Assembly (NCBI GenBank): GCA_964565225.1
Contig: CAZMEL010000008.1
Coordinates: 1,876 to 65,875 of the forward strand
Direction: 5' to 3'
DNA: 64,000 nt
From: an uncultured Thermoanaerobaculia bacterium
GTDB taxonomy: Bacteria; Acidobacteriota; Thermoanaerobaculia; Multivoradales; J023
The translations under genes and the position numbers were made by a program. This document shows positions 63,869 to 64,000 of the stretch, piece after piece (position 1 is the stretch's first letter; the number at the start of each line of letters is the position of its first letter). The notes under the pieces were generated by a model, which was not told the origin of the DNA, made no database searches, and saw only the letters and a program-made list of their open reading frames with translations.

Positions 63869-64000
63869 ATGCGCCTACCCACGCTCACTTTGGGAATCGA
63901 GGAGGAATACCAGATCGTCGATCCCGAGACCCGGGAGCTCGCGCCCATGGGTGAAGCTCTGATCCGCAGCGGTGAGAAAGAGCTGAAAGATCAGATCAAG
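63869..64000 (+). CDS. ybdK: Glutamate--cysteine ligase family 2 carboxylate-amine ligase (YbdK-like), N-terminal fragment continuing beyond the window
   Basis: MRLPTLTLGIEEEYQIVDPETRELAP is the GCS2 N-terminal signature. Confidence 0.7.
   Translation, partial: MRLPTLTLGIEEEYQIVDPETRELAPMGEALIRSGEKELKDQIK

Overview
High-GC (~68%) bacterial chromosomal window of 64 kb; the gene content (PEGA, NHL, DUF11 and TPR surface proteins, an IPTL/PEP-CTERM-like sorting tail, an MshEN c-di-GMP receptor) suggests Myxococcota or Acidobacteriota, though the phylum is not certain. I call 47 protein-coding genes, one tRNA-Leu(CAA), two intrinsic terminators, two promoter candidates and two operator candidates. 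The six-frame track is dominated by long spurious Arg/Pro/Gly-rich ORFs opposite or out of frame with the real genes, as expected at this GC content. Housekeeping content: purC, dnaB, selA, ggt, nudC, uppS, ybdK (partial) and a TetR-regulated HlyD/ABC-2 efflux operon. Main findings: (1) a selenocysteine-containing NAD-type formate dehydrogenase alpha subunit that the ORF track splits in two at an in-frame UGA (55489-55491), with selA 34 kb away and fdsB and ggt translationally overlapped to it; (2) an uncharacterised 674-aa protein (3777-5801) whose C-terminal half carries the ordered motif set of a class III nucleotidyl cyclase core but with substitutions at key catalytic positions, divergent from an orphan OppD/OppF ATPase pair that lacks permeases; (3) three tandem phage-tail-collar (MdpB-like) paralogs under an extended -10 promoter with a ~225-nt leader, plus a small methyltransferase; (4) a surface-protein cluster: a ~2146-aa cadherin-like/beta-helix giant protein, a protein with an IPSL + TM + RRRR (IPTL/PEP-CTERM-like) tail, and a six-repeat DUF11 protein; (5) a sulfite-oxidase-family Moco domain fused to pentapeptide repeats beside a HK / RR / REC-PAS-GGDEF-EAL module; (6) a secreted protein with three tandem RidA domains. 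No CRISPR array, integrase or transposase is visible. All coordinates derive from the ORF-track arithmetic or manual base-indexing; manually indexed sites (tRNA, promoters, palindromes, hairpins) may be off by +/-2 nt.
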